Of a stretch of DNA of 64,000 bases, positions 33,927 through 45,895 are shown in pieces. The notes beneath the pieces are model-generated. The model did not search any database. It was not told where the DNA came from and saw nothing but the letters and a program-made list of their open reading frames with translations. Source of the DNA: Saprolegnia diclina VS20. Its lineage: Eukaryota. The position numbers and the translations under genes were made by a program. The stretch spans positions 219,762 to 283,761 of the forward strand of contig NW_008246105.1 in the NCBI RefSeq assembly GCF_000281045.1, given 5' to 3'. Every line of letters begins with the position of its first letter. Position 1 is the first letter of the stretch.

Positions 33927-34112
33927 TGCGTCGACACCAATTATTCAAGCGTTGTTGAATAGTGTGTGCTTGATTATCCGGATGATCGGCAAGTGCGTTG
34001 ACGTGGCGCGCTCTTGTTGCAGAATGTGATTTCGTTTTCGAGAAGGCGGTGTGTGCATATCCAAGGCGTATGTATATACATGGTTACGAGACAATGGTTT
34101 GCTGAATGAGCT

Positions 34113-35326
34113 CTAGACCAGCGCTTCTTGGAGATCGCAGGCGAGACCCTTGTGGCCAGAGAAGCATTGGCACTCGCCACGCGACGAGTCGCAAATGCCG
34201 CGCTAGTGTCAAGGATGAGCGCCCATTCATACGGCATGCATCTTACGTTCGAGCAAGTGGCTAGCTCCGTGAAGGGAAGCGTCACTGGGCTTGCGAGCCC
34301 GCCATCGTAGTGCTCTACGACAGTGCAGCCGGTGACCGCGCTTTGCACTTGGAGCGGCTGGGAGCCAGGGCTGGTATGCGTCGCAATATCGCACGTAAGT
34401 GGGTACTGGTACCCCGTGGTGCCGGGGCCAGACGGGAACGATACAACGCAAGCAGCAATAAAAGTAGCTGGGGTACCCGACGTAAGTGTTGCGCCGATGG
34501 TGCCCACCGCTGGGTTTGCCGCGTCGCGAGTCACCGGTTTGATAGCGCGCGCTACGACAGTAACTTGGCCCTCGCCCGACAGCGTGGTCGAATAGAGCGC
34601 AAGGTTGGGAAGCTTGCGAAGTTGCGTTTGGATGTTGGTGCAAAGAGCAGCTTCGTTGGCAGCCGTGATGGCGCTCGTAGACCAAGTGTTGCCATACGGG
34701 TCCGTGTACTTGAGGACAAGGGAGGTCGCCGCCGTCCACGTGCCGTAGACGGCAATGCCTTGCATCATTTCCACTTGCGTGACCGCGGGGTACGATGGGT
34801 CGTTCACGGTCAACGGATCGTCACCCTTGGGGCACACGCGGTTCAAGCAGCTGTAGCCTTCCCAACCCGGGTCGCACTGGCAGCCTTGGATCTTCTCTCG
34901 GTCCCACATCGTGTACGTCGTACCCGCCGTACCGCCGACCCGCGGATCCGTTGAGAGTACCGCGAGCTCTTCCATGAAGAGGCACACGCCGTGACCGTTG
35001 CAGTCGCCCGGGCAGCGCATGCGGCGGCAGCCCGACCCAGTAAAGTCGGTGTCGCAGGTGCAGATACCGGTCGAGCGGTCGCACGTCCCACGTCCGCCGC
35101 ACTCGGCGTAGTAATGCGCGTCGTTCGCGTACAGCGCCGTGTCTTGCCACGCGCGCGTGAACGGGCACTGCCGCCCCGAGCAGTCCGCGTTGATCCAGTT
35201 CTGCTGGCAGGAGCAAATGTCGTTGGGGCCGCATGTGCCATGACCCGAGCACTTGTTGGGGCAGGCGGCGAGCGCGAACGACGCGAGGGCTGCGACCCCC
35301 AGGAAGCGGAGGAGCTTGGCTACCAT
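34113..35326 (-). CDS. Tubular mastigoneme (flagellar hair) shaft protein, OCM1/SIG-like EGF-repeat protein (1 intron)
   Basis: Signal peptide, CPNKCSGHGTC, AWQD...AHYYAEC..RG.CDR.TG, WDREK, CPKGDDPLT, and terminal CSN|RGICD..GECQCF.G..G.AC.LQEALV*. Confidence 0.88.
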
Positions 35327-35836
35327 GTCCAAGGTCAAAGATCGAATGTACTTGGTGGCCAGCGCTTTTGCAGCGCCCTTTCAAGCTTCGAAACGGTCCA
35401 TCGAAGGTTTCGATGAATGTTGGCGTGTTGTAACACGGTTAACACTCCTACATATGGCGTTATAACATAAGGGTCGAAGCCGTTGCCACTTCAACCCTTC
35501 GAATAACACAAATGGAAGGTGTTCAACCGTCGTTCGTTTCAGCGCCAGCGTCGAACAATGCCGAAAATAAGAAAATAAGCGCCACCTGCGCCCGCACGTA
35601 CCTAGAGCTTGAATTCGCTTGGAAACATGAAGGAGGCCAGAGGTAGAGAGAACTCTGTCCCAAGCAACTATACTCTCATGTAGCCATCGCCCATTGCCCT
35701 AATACGACTTTATGTGGAGACAATCCGAAACTGAAATTGACGGTTGATTGGTTACGGCTTAAATATGGCGCACGCACCATTTTTAGTTTGGTAATTGTGG
35801 CATTTGAAAGGCCAAAATAGATACTGATTGTTGGTC

Positions 35837-37857
35837 ATGCGTCCGTGCTTGCTTGCATGGCGGATCGCCCGCATATGGCTAGCGGAGCGCATGCCGGTGC
35901 TCGAGTGGCTGCCTTCGTATCGCCCTCGTGTGCACTTGGCCCACGACGTGACGACTGCGGTCGTTTTGGCGTGCTTGATCCTGCCCGAAGACATGGTCCT
36001 GTCGAGTACGCTCCATGTCCCCGTCCAAACGAGCGTCGTCATGAGCATTGCGGTGCCGCTGCTCTATGCGCTCTTTGGTTCGTCGCGCTTTCTCTGCTTT
36101 GGTACGGAAGAGATGTCGTCGTTCGCTCCGTGGATCCGTGCGACGTACGACTCGGAGATCCACCGACAAGCCGTGGGCCTCGTCCTCACGAGTCTCACGG
36201 GAGCACTCTTGGTCGGCATGGGCGTCGCTAAGCTGCATCGTTGGATTTATCTGTCTCGCGTCGCCGGCGGGGGGCTCCTCGCGGGCGCTGCCCTCAACAT
36301 TGCGACGCGCGAGATGAATGTCCTACTTCAACCAGCAATCACGCCACTCTTCGCACCGTCGTCGCTGAACCAAGTTGTCTATATGGCGCTCGCAGTGATC
36401 CTGCTCGCCGCGCTTCCGTTTCTGCGAACTGTCATGCCGGGGTGTGACGCCTCTCGTCGGGCCGCCAGCGTATGTCGCTCGCCGCCCAGGACGCAACCGC
36501 GTCGAAGCAGCCTCACCGTCAAAGTCACTGCGCCTAAATCTCCAATGACCAACACCCAGTACCTTCCCAACAAGCTCTTCCTTGGCCTTTGTCTCTGTGG
36601 CATTGCCGTTCATGTCACCTTTGCCGACGACTCGGAGCTCCACGGTCTTGAGAGAGCACTCACTGCGCGCATGGACGACCCCATGGACGTGCGCCACGCG
36701 TTTGCATACGTCATCGAGCTCGCCGGGTCAAGCGTCATGGCAGCGTTTCAACTTAGCGCCAACGTTGTCCTCAGCGCCCTCTCCATCTACCTCTCTGCAG
36801 CTGCCTTGATCCAGCACGCTGGCTGCGCAACAACCAAGGTGCAGCTCCATCTCAATGAGCCTTTCCTCATGGCATAGTACTCTATAGCAAACGAGCGACG
36901 CGGCGTTTGGGGAGCTGCGCATGCACAAGGAGCTCGTCGCGTACGGCCTCGTGTGTCTTGGCAGCTTGGCGTTTGCACCGCTGTTTCCACCGGTCGCGTG
37001 CTTTGCCCGCTCGGCGCTCGTGCTAAAGAGTGCGCGGACCCAGGTGGCGTCGATGCTGGCGGCCGCGCTCGTGGGTCTCTGCGCCTACTGCAACCTGTAC
37101 GCGTACGTCCTCGTTCCGGCGCCAGTCCGCGCCGCCGTCTTTCTCGCCGCGCTGCCTGCGATCTGTGATATGACAGAGCTTCGAATGCTGCTGCGACTTG
37201 ACCTCTATGGTGATGCCATCGTGTGGGCCGCGGGGTGTGTTGCTTCCGCGCTCGGCGGTGTCTACTATGGAAGCTTGACAGCCTACGTGTTGAGGTACAC
37301 TACGCATGCAGTCGCGTTGTAATGTGAAAGGTTATGCGAACAGCATCGCCCAACGACGTTGGCAGCCGGCGGTCGTGTCCGTCGAGGCCATCGTTGCCGC
37401 GCAGCCGTATGCGGCGACAGAGAACACGCAGCTCTTCAAGGTCTCCCTCCACGCCAAGGCCCTCTGCTTTTCGAATTGGGAGCGCGTTGAGCATGCTCTT
37501 GATCACGTTACGGACGCTCCAGGTACCGTCCAAATCCTCTTTGTCGCGACCGATTGCCATACTAGGCGAGAATGCCGGTGGCGTCGTTCTCGACGTCAGC
37601 CAGCTCGTAGACATACACTGGGACGACGAATGCATTCGACGCATCGATGCATGGGAGCGCCGCTTGCACATGCTCGGGTGCTACGTCGCCGTTGCGGGCT
37701 CTACAAAAGGTGCATGCTCGCCGCAGCAAGGTGGTCATGGCGCTGCGTAGCCTTTGAGAACGCGCTCGAGCGCGCTGGTATCTTGCAACGACTGGCTGGA
37801 GGTCGCTCGTGCCATGGCTGCGCCGATGCTGCCAGCGCCATGGGCCTCCACTCGTAG
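35837..37857 (+). CDS. Degenerate SulP/SLC26 anion transporter-like protein with STAS-like C-terminus, multi-exon
   Basis: PVLEWLPSY, LYALFGSSR, ARTQVAS, LCFSNWE and VVLDVSQL resemble SulP/STAS landmarks, but many are substituted. Confidence 0.65.
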
Positions 37858-38747
37858 ATGGCTTCCATCCGCTTCCTTGGACCGATCCCTATCGTGGCCT
37901 GTCGTCCAAGGACCGCATGCGCTCCCGTGACCGTTGATTGGTGGATCGTTTACTCAACAATGGGTCGAAATTAGGTTTTTGAGGCAAAAACTGGGAATTC
38001 GAGACTTGACGATAAAAACACCCAACTTGTAGCCGATGTGCGTGGACCCTAGTGCGCCCTGGGAACCGATGGAATGATGTCCTCGTACGACGACACGTAC
38101 TGCCCAAGTAGCATATCAGTGGTAGCAAGCATACCTTGTAAGCACCAGAACAATGACTCACTTGATAGCACAGTAACAACTATAATGTCCGACTCTCGGG
38201 AAGGTGTTGGCGCTGAAGGTTGGCGCAGAAACCATTGGGCGGTCTATAGAGCTTTCCATCACGAGATACGAGCGCTCTCCACCTCCCATGCACTACTGTA
38301 GCAAGAGCAAACGTCCGTCGTTTTTGCTGGAAATGTTGCGATTGTATGTCAGGCCCAGCGTCAATTCCTACTCAACCAAACAAGAACACCCATGGTCTCG
38401 CCACACCGTAGCGCGCTGGCATTAATCACGTTGGTGTGCGATCATCGTTGGTGCACGAGTCTCTGCTTGCGCTTCTCTTCTGTGCTTTGCGGGCGTTCCC
38501 ACCTTGTACTTCGACGGTGTCGCTCCAACTCGCACCTCAACGCGCCAGACAAATGGCGTGTGATTAGCCGCTTGCTTGGAACATTTTGTGCCCGGCTGGA
38601 ATTAAAATACGTCATGAGGTATACAAACACCAAGTGGGGAGACGAGGTGCGCGCTAAAATAATAGCATCCCACTGTGGCAACCAAGTTCAATTAGGATAA
38701 TTGCTGCCATTTTGCAACTTCCCCACGCTTCCAGTGCGCACCCGCGG

Positions 38748-40563
38748 ATGTCGAGGGCTCGGAGCGCGGATCATGGCGCGTCGCCGGCCAAGACGACGTC
38801 CGAGGAAGAGGAGTTCAACTTCACATGGACCATGGAGAACCTCAAGCTCTACAACCCGGACTTTGACCTGACGCCCGAGGTGCTCGCGATCCTCAAGCAG
38901 TTCTTCATGCGCCTCGACCCGAATGACTCAGGCAAGATCTCGGGCGCTGCGCTCCTCGAGAAGATCCGCCAAGCCGATCCGTCGCAGCTTTTCATCACGA
39001 CCAGCCAGCTCGAGCGGCTCACGCGCGAAAGCCTCGCGCGCCACGCCAAGGACGAGACCCACGACGGCGACGACGCGACGGCCATGACGATGATTTCGTT
39101 TGACGAGTTTTGCACGCTCGTCATGCGCTGGAAGGAGATTAGCCCCCTCGGCGTGCAGATGGTCTACGCGTCCTGGGTCAAAGAGGTCTGCGCGATCGAG
39201 TTTGGCCTCGTGAATGAAACGGATGGCATGTTCATCATTGAGATCCCGCGCGTACCTACAATGGACGAGAAGGCGACCGTGCGCGTGACGCTGCCACGCA
39301 CGACGACGTACTTGCCGCCGGCGCCACACCTCAACCACCTGCCCCCGTCGCCGACGACGCCACAGTCCGCAACTGCCCCGACCGACCACGTAACGACGGT
39401 CTCCAAGTCGTTTGCTGTCGGTGGCATTGCTGGCATGATCTCTAAATCGGCGCTCGCGCCCGTCGACCGCGTCAAGGTGCTCTTCCAGGTCACCGAGTCG
39501 CTCCACTTTTCACTGCGCAACGCATACAAGCTCGGGCTTGAAATTGCGACCCGCGATGGTTCGTGACTCCCGGATCGTACATGGTTCGATCCTCGTATAG
39601 GTGTGTTTGCGCTCTTTCGAGGCAACTCGCTCAACTTGCTCCGTGTCTTTCCGTATGCGGGCATCCAGCACTCGTCGTTTGACTTTGTCCGCCGCAAGTT
39701 TCACAGCTACAACCACGAGCGGCACGAAGCCCTGGGCTCGGCGCTGCCGTACACAAAGAAGCTCACTGATACGCAGCTGATTCTCTCTGGCAGCATCGCC
39801 GGTGCGACACGTCTCGCGACAACCAAATGTATGATGATTTTGGTGTCTAGGCGGCGTCTCGGTCGTTTTTACCTACCCCATGGACGTACTCCGCACGCGC
39901 TACATGGTGCAGCAGGGCAAGATGCAGTACAACAGCGTCTTGGACGCTGTTCAGTGCATGTATCGCACCGACGTACTGCATTCATCAACTGCTATCGTCG
40001 GTCGGCTCATGCACATATTCTAGGGTCTCCGGTCGTTCTCGCGGGGGCTCTTTGTCAATCTCTTGGGCATTGTGCCGTACACCGGCATTGGCTTTACGCT
40101 CAACGAGAAGTTCAAGCAGTACCTCGCCGACATTCAGTACGAGCAGCGGTCGCCCGCCGTCTCGCGCGAGCAGTATACGCTCACGCCCTTCTCCAAGTTT
40201 CTCTGTAGTTATTTCGCTGGCTCGATGGCCCAAACCGGTGCGCCCTTCTCCATCGCCATCAAAATACTTATACCATGCGTAGTCACGTACCCCCTCGATA
40301 CGATCCGGAAGCGCATTCAGAGCGACGGGTACCTCACGGGCACGAGCGAGCGCAAATACACCAACCTCCGCACGACGTGCCGCCTCATTTTGCAGAACGA
40401 AGGCCTCCGCGGCTTTTACAAGGGCGCGACGGTCACGTGGCTGCGGGTATTCCGCTCTCTTGTCGCAAGCCTCTCATCGACATCCTAGGGACCGCTCTCG
40501 ACCGGCATTAGCCTCACTGTCTACGACGTCCTCAAAGAAGTCGTCGGCGTCGAAAAGGTCTAG
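38748..40563 (+). CDS. Mitochondrial carrier (SLC25) with N-terminal EF-hand pair, multi-exon
   Basis: EF loop DPNDSGKISGAAL and ISFDEF; carrier signatures APVDRVK, YPMDVLR, YPLDTIRK; FRGNSLNLLRVFPYAGIQ. Confidence 0.88.
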
Positions 40564-40639
40564 CCGTAAGTGTATATAATATGTCGAGAGTCCAATTTGA
40601 TAGAGCCTTTTCCTTCCTCTTCGTCTTCCAGGAGCCTGC

Positions 40640-42006
40640 TTAGCAGCGCGCCAGGTGCCAGAGATCGGCGAGGTCGTCTTTGACCGTCATGCCCCCAAAC
40701 ACAAAGAGGCGATTGTCGACGACGCACGCCGCGTGCCCCAGTCGCCCGCCGTCATGGACAACGTCGACGCCGTCCTCGAGAAGGACGTGGTCGCCGTGAC
40801 GCGCTTCGTCCAGCGTGGCAGGCGCCAGTTGCTCCTCGTCGCCCACTGCAGAGTCACTGCATGAGAGAACTTGGCGTCGAGGTACTTTATGTACCTGGGT
40901 GCTCCCAGCAGTCGTTGCAAAAGCCGTTGCCGCCGTCCCAGCCGCCATACTGGACAATGCCCGTGTCGAGGAGCCCAATCACATGACCGCAGCGGCGAAA
41001 GCCGCCACTTGATTGGACATGCCACGTCCACGACGCTACAAGACTTTGTCGACAACAACATGGGATGCACGATGAGCGTACCCACGTCCAGCGTCGCCAC
41101 TTCACAACAGAGCTGGCCGTTCTCGAGGCGTCCGCCGCTCACGTAGATGCGCTCACGCTTGGTCGACAAGCGGACGGCTGCGTGAAGCTCGCGCGGCGCC
41201 ATGACCGGCCCATTGCAGTCGATTCGAATCCACCGCAGCGTCGGCTCGTGCACCGTGAGGAGGAAGACATCGCTCATGGGCCCGTCGGTGGGGGACGACC
41301 CGCCAATGACGACCATGCCGTTGGTCGTTACCACGGCAGTATGCGCATTGCGCGGCCGCGGCGGATCATTTAGCACGATTGGCGCCGACCACGACTTGGT
41401 TGCTACATTGCTCCATGATCGTGCCGTTCCTCTGCATGTCCATGCGGCGATGATGGTGTTTACCTGTGTCCAAGATGTGCACGTCGTTGAACGTGGTTTG
41501 CAGCGGGAGGTTGAGGCCGCCAAAGACGAATATGCGGGTGCCGAGGACCACTGCCGAGTGGCCGCTGCGGGCTTGGAAGGCCGCGCTGTTGGCCACATGC
41601 ACCTATGATCTATGAGATGGTGCGTGGGATCGCTAATAGCCTACTTGGCTCCATGACCCGGTGCCTACGATCGTGGTGTAAGCATGACCACCTCGCAATG
41701 GCCGACATACCAACATTGTAAACGTGTACGTCGTTGAACATGCGCGCTTCTCGGTTCGCACCGCCGATCAAGTAGAGCAGCTTCTCGCCATGGGCCTCCA
41801 CCTAGCTCGACGCCTGCTCGCCTGCCATGGCCGGTGGAGGGTGCTGTTACCAACGAGAGTGTCGCGCCGCCACGCTTGGCCGGGACGTCGCCGCTGGCCG
41901 CACAGTCGACGCGCTTGTAGCTCGCGGTGGCCTCCTTGGCAGCGTCGTCCTCTTCATTCTCGTCGAGCGGGACTTCCTCAAAGTAGAAGACGTGCTGCTC
42001 GTCCAT
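40640..42006 (-). CDS. Kelch-repeat protein, multi-exon
   Basis: Repeated R.GH..V.....FVFGG / IGG / SGG / YGG blades ending in W. Confidence 0.82.
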
Positions 42007-42155
42007 GCTCCAAGCTCCAAACGGCAAAAGATCTGCGTAGCATGTCCCAGCGTTGAAATTCGGATGGTCCTAATTAGGCGGGAGCTCGAATACCAAAATC
42101 GCCCACGCGCCCATTCGTTGGTCGGGACTTCTTGGTTGGGTGACTTGGCCGCGCG

Positions 42156-42625
42156 ATGCACTTCTGTCCAACATGCGGCAACTTGCTCATGGTCGAGCCC
42201 GATGTACGCCGTCGACATGGAGGTGCATGGAAGCTCAGCGTCCCTGCGTAGAGCGATGGCATGCGCTTCTGCTGCCAAACATGCCCGTACATCTACCAGA
42301 TCACGCGCAAGGTCCGCGACCGAGACCGAAGAGCGATGAGGGCTCATGCAACGTCGTTAGGTCCAGAAGAAGGTGCCCCTGCAGCGCAAGCAGGTCGACG
42401 ACGTCTTGGGCGGCGACGAAGCATGGGAGAACGTCGACCAAACCGACAGTAGGGTGTCGCCTCGTGGGATGCTGGATACCCATCGCTCTCCTCTGCGTAG
42501 CCCGCTGCCCGTTCTGCGAGCACCACAAGGCCTACTTTATGCAGATCCAGATTCGGTCGGCGGACGAGCCATCGACGACGTTCTACAAGTGCGTCGGCTG
42601 CAAGAAGCAGTGGAACGACAAGTAG
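42156..42625 (+). CDS. POLR3K: RNA polymerase III subunit RPC11 (3 introns)
   Basis: MHFCPTCGNLL, FCCQTCPY, KQVDDVLGG, CPFC...MQIQIRSADEP.T.FYKC..C...W. Confidence 0.93.
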
Positions 42626-42686
42626 TGGACATGGCCATGATGTCGAGAATACCAATGTCTTGTATTATGAGGATGCGTGGATCGGC

Positions 42687-43356
42687 TTATGCTTCGGCTT
42701 TCACACCCTTCTGGCACACGTAAATGTAATGTACAGCGTTGGCGTCGGCCGCGTCCGTGACCTGGACGGCGCTGACCGTGGGCTTGGGCACCGTGTGCAC
42801 CGTGACCTTCCAGTGGAGCTCGTTGTTCTCGAGGTAGCTGAGACGGTTGTCGGGCACGCCGTACGACACAATAAAAAAGACGCCGTTGGGCTTGAGGACG
42901 CGGTAGACTTCTTGGCACATCTTGGCCACGTTGGCTGTCGAGCCTTCGCCGCACAAGATCGAGTCCATCGTGCCCTTGTCGAAGACGCTGTCAAAGGTCT
43001 CGTCCGAGAACGAGAGCGAGCACACATTCATCTGCTGCCATTGCATGCCCTCGTGTCCTTCATACTTCTTGGCCATTTGATCGACGACGACCTGCGAAAC
43101 GTCAATGTTCATGATGGTCTGGAAGCCGTCGTTCATCATCTCTTCGGTCAAGCGCGAGTTGCCTGCGCCCGACATCAAGACGTTGTCCGTCTTCTTGAGG
43201 TACTGCAGCACGAGGTCCTTCAGGCCTGCATAGCGCTGGTACCAGTCGAACTGCTCCGCGTCCCTGTCCATCGCAGCCTATGAGCAACGAGCGAGACGCT
43301 GCCACGTACTTGGTGTAGCGCTCGTCCCAGTACGAGGCCTTGCCGTATTGCGCCAT
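42687..43356 (-). CDS. Class I SAM methyltransferase, EEF1AKMT4/METTL13-N-like (1 intron)
   Basis: YWDERY, FDWYQ, motif I VLMSGAGNS, FDKGTMDSI, RVLKPNG. Confidence 0.88.
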
Positions 43357-43996
43357 CGATCGAGGTCGGGAATTTGGAAATGCGCATTGGGCGGCCCCTC
43401 GCCATATTACGGAAACCCTCGGTTTAAGGACCAATTCTGTAGATCGCCTCGCAAGCATACTTCGGCGGCTATGAAACACCTTGACTGACGGACCTCGACA
43501 GACCTCTATAATATAATAATATCCACCAGCGTATCGAGTGCAAGAGGTCGAAATTCTGGAAACCAAGGAAACGACTTGCAACCGCTACATCAAAGTGCAA
43601 ACTCAGCTCCCGCACGTCGAGAGACAAATGGCGATCGTCGTGCGTCGACATCAAGGTGGGATCCAGCGTGCATTGGACCCTTGATCTACGGTACTGGCAA
43701 CGTTGATGCTAGCGTTAACTCGGCCTATAGACATTGGAGCTACCTAGACCTCTATACAGCCGCTTCTCGAAACCTGCATTTAATCCTCATAGCAGGCAGT
43801 GTCAGCCTCGGATCCTAGCCCTCGTCTCCCTTGCTTTGGTTTGGGTGGCAGCATTTGTTGCCTGGCGAACCTCGGACAACAGCGCTCGCGAAAGATCGGG
43901 CCGATTATCCGGCACCCGCATCATCATCCGGATACGTTGCCGGCGGGCTTGCGGTGTTTGCCATCCTCCATTTGTTTTCGCGAGGCTTCATCCAGC

Positions 43997-45857
43997 ATGC
44001 GCTTCCACCATCTTCAGCGCCATCTCCTCAAGCACAAGGCCGCGCCCTTCACGGTCGTCCAAGCATCGCGTTCCTTCTGTGCGCGGCCCGACGCTGGCCC
44101 GACGCTCACGCAGTACGTCCACACGAAGGAAGCGACGACCGAGCCCATCCTCAAGCCCGACCTCGTACGCAGATATGCGTCGTATGGGCGTGCCGCTCAC
44201 GCCTCGGTATCATGTAGGCATCGTTCAAGCGCCAGCTGAGCCTTGACGAGCCCATGCATGGGTAGGCAGCGCTGCGATTGCAGTCGCATCATGCGCATCC
44301 TCATGACTTGTCGAGTAGCTTGCCCGTTCTCAAGCCCGCGAGCCAGCTCAAGGCGCCGCAGACGGAGACGACGGTGCTGCCCAACGGCCTTCGCGTTATT
44401 TCGCAGGAGACGTACGGCCAGGCCACGACAATTGGCCTCTTTGTCGACGCGGGCAGCCGCCACGAAACCAGTACGCCCGGTCGTCCATTGAATGCATGTT
44501 CGATGATGCACTTGTCGATAGACGATACGACGGGCATCACGCACATGATGGAGCATCTCGGGTTCAAGAGCTCGACGACGCGGTCGCATGCGGATCTCGT
44601 CCGGTACGCTCGCGCCGATTCTCCGCGCTCATGCCACGATGCAATAGCGAGTTTGAGACCATTGGTGCGCAAACCACGGCGTCGAGCGGCCGCGAGCAGA
44701 TCATCTACACGATCGACGTGCTCCGCGACAACGTGGACCGTGCGCTGGAACTCCTTGCCGACTCGATCCTGAACCCGGCGCTCATTCCCGACGAAATCGA
44801 GCTCACCAAGTACATCATGAAGATCCAGTCGGAAGATCTGGCCGAGAATCCGCAGACGCTGCTCCTCGAGCGCATCCACTCGGCTGCGTACGGCGCCCAC
44901 GCCACGCTCGGCCGGCCGCTGCAGTGCCCCGAAGACAAGGTCGACGCACTCAACTTGGAGACAGTCCGCGCGTACCTCCGCAAGTTCTTTGTCGCGCCGC
45001 GCATGGTGCTCGCGGGCTCGGGCATTGAGCACAGCGTGCTCGTCGAGAAGGCAGCGGCGCTCTTTGGGTCCGTCCCGCCCGCGACCGAGACGGTCAGCGT
45101 CGACAACAGCGTCTACACGGGCGGCCTCGTCACGATCGAGAAGGACGACATGCCGTTCTCGTACGCGGCGCTCGCCTTCCCGACCGGCGGCTGGCACGAC
45201 AAAGGTACATTGACGAGACGCATGACCACATCTGATATCTGTCCTAGATCTGGTGCCTGTGTGCGTGTTGCATACGCTCTTGGGCGGCGGCGACTCGTTC
45301 TCGGCCGGCGGCCCGGGCAAAGGCATGTACTCGCGCCTCTACACCCACGTGCTGAACCGGTACTACTGGGTCGAGTCGGCGCTGGCGTTCTCGTCGCTGC
45401 ACTCGGACAACGGTCTCCTCGGTATCTACGGCGCATGCATGCCCGAGCACACGAGCCAGCTCGTGGGCCTCCTCGTCAACCAAATGTTGGCGGTCGCCAG
45501 TACGTTCTTGGTTACGTTTATGTTGTGTTGAGTGTATACTGCTTAGTGAACGGCGTCGACGAGACTGAGTTGAGCCGGGCAAAGAACCAGCTCAAGTCGT
45601 CCGTCTTGATGAACCTCGAGTCGCGCATGATTTTGTACGAAGACATTGGCCGGCAACTGCTCACGTACGGCATCCGCGAGAGCCCGGATGTGATTTGCGG
45701 CAAGATCGACGCTGTGACGAAAGAAGACCTCCAGCGCGTTGTGTTTACCGCCATGCAGCAAAAGCCGAGCCTCGTCTACTGCGGGAAGATCAACGAGTTC
45801 CCCGAGTACGACCAGGTCGCACACGCGATCGACCAAGTGTTCAAGGCGTACAAGTAA
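43997..45857 (+). CDS. PMPCA: Mitochondrial processing peptidase alpha subunit, multi-exon
   Basis: M16 fold with TTVLPNGLRV, VDAGSR and the glycine-rich loop GGGDSFSAGGPGKGMYSRLY; LMNLESR, EDIGRQ. Confidence 0.92.
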
Positions 45858-45895
45858 TGCAGAGTCGTATAACCGTAATAGAACCAGAGCGTAGT

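Noticed and set aside
33358..34029. Poly-Ser plus-strand ORF and hydrophobic-repeat ORF at 33156-33857
   Set aside because: Opposite-strand readings of the acidic minisatellite in the GGQ factor.
35482..35495. X-box-like GTTGCCACTTCAAC upstream of the mastigoneme gene
   Set aside because: Imperfect match, and RFX factors are not expected in stramenopiles; likely chance.
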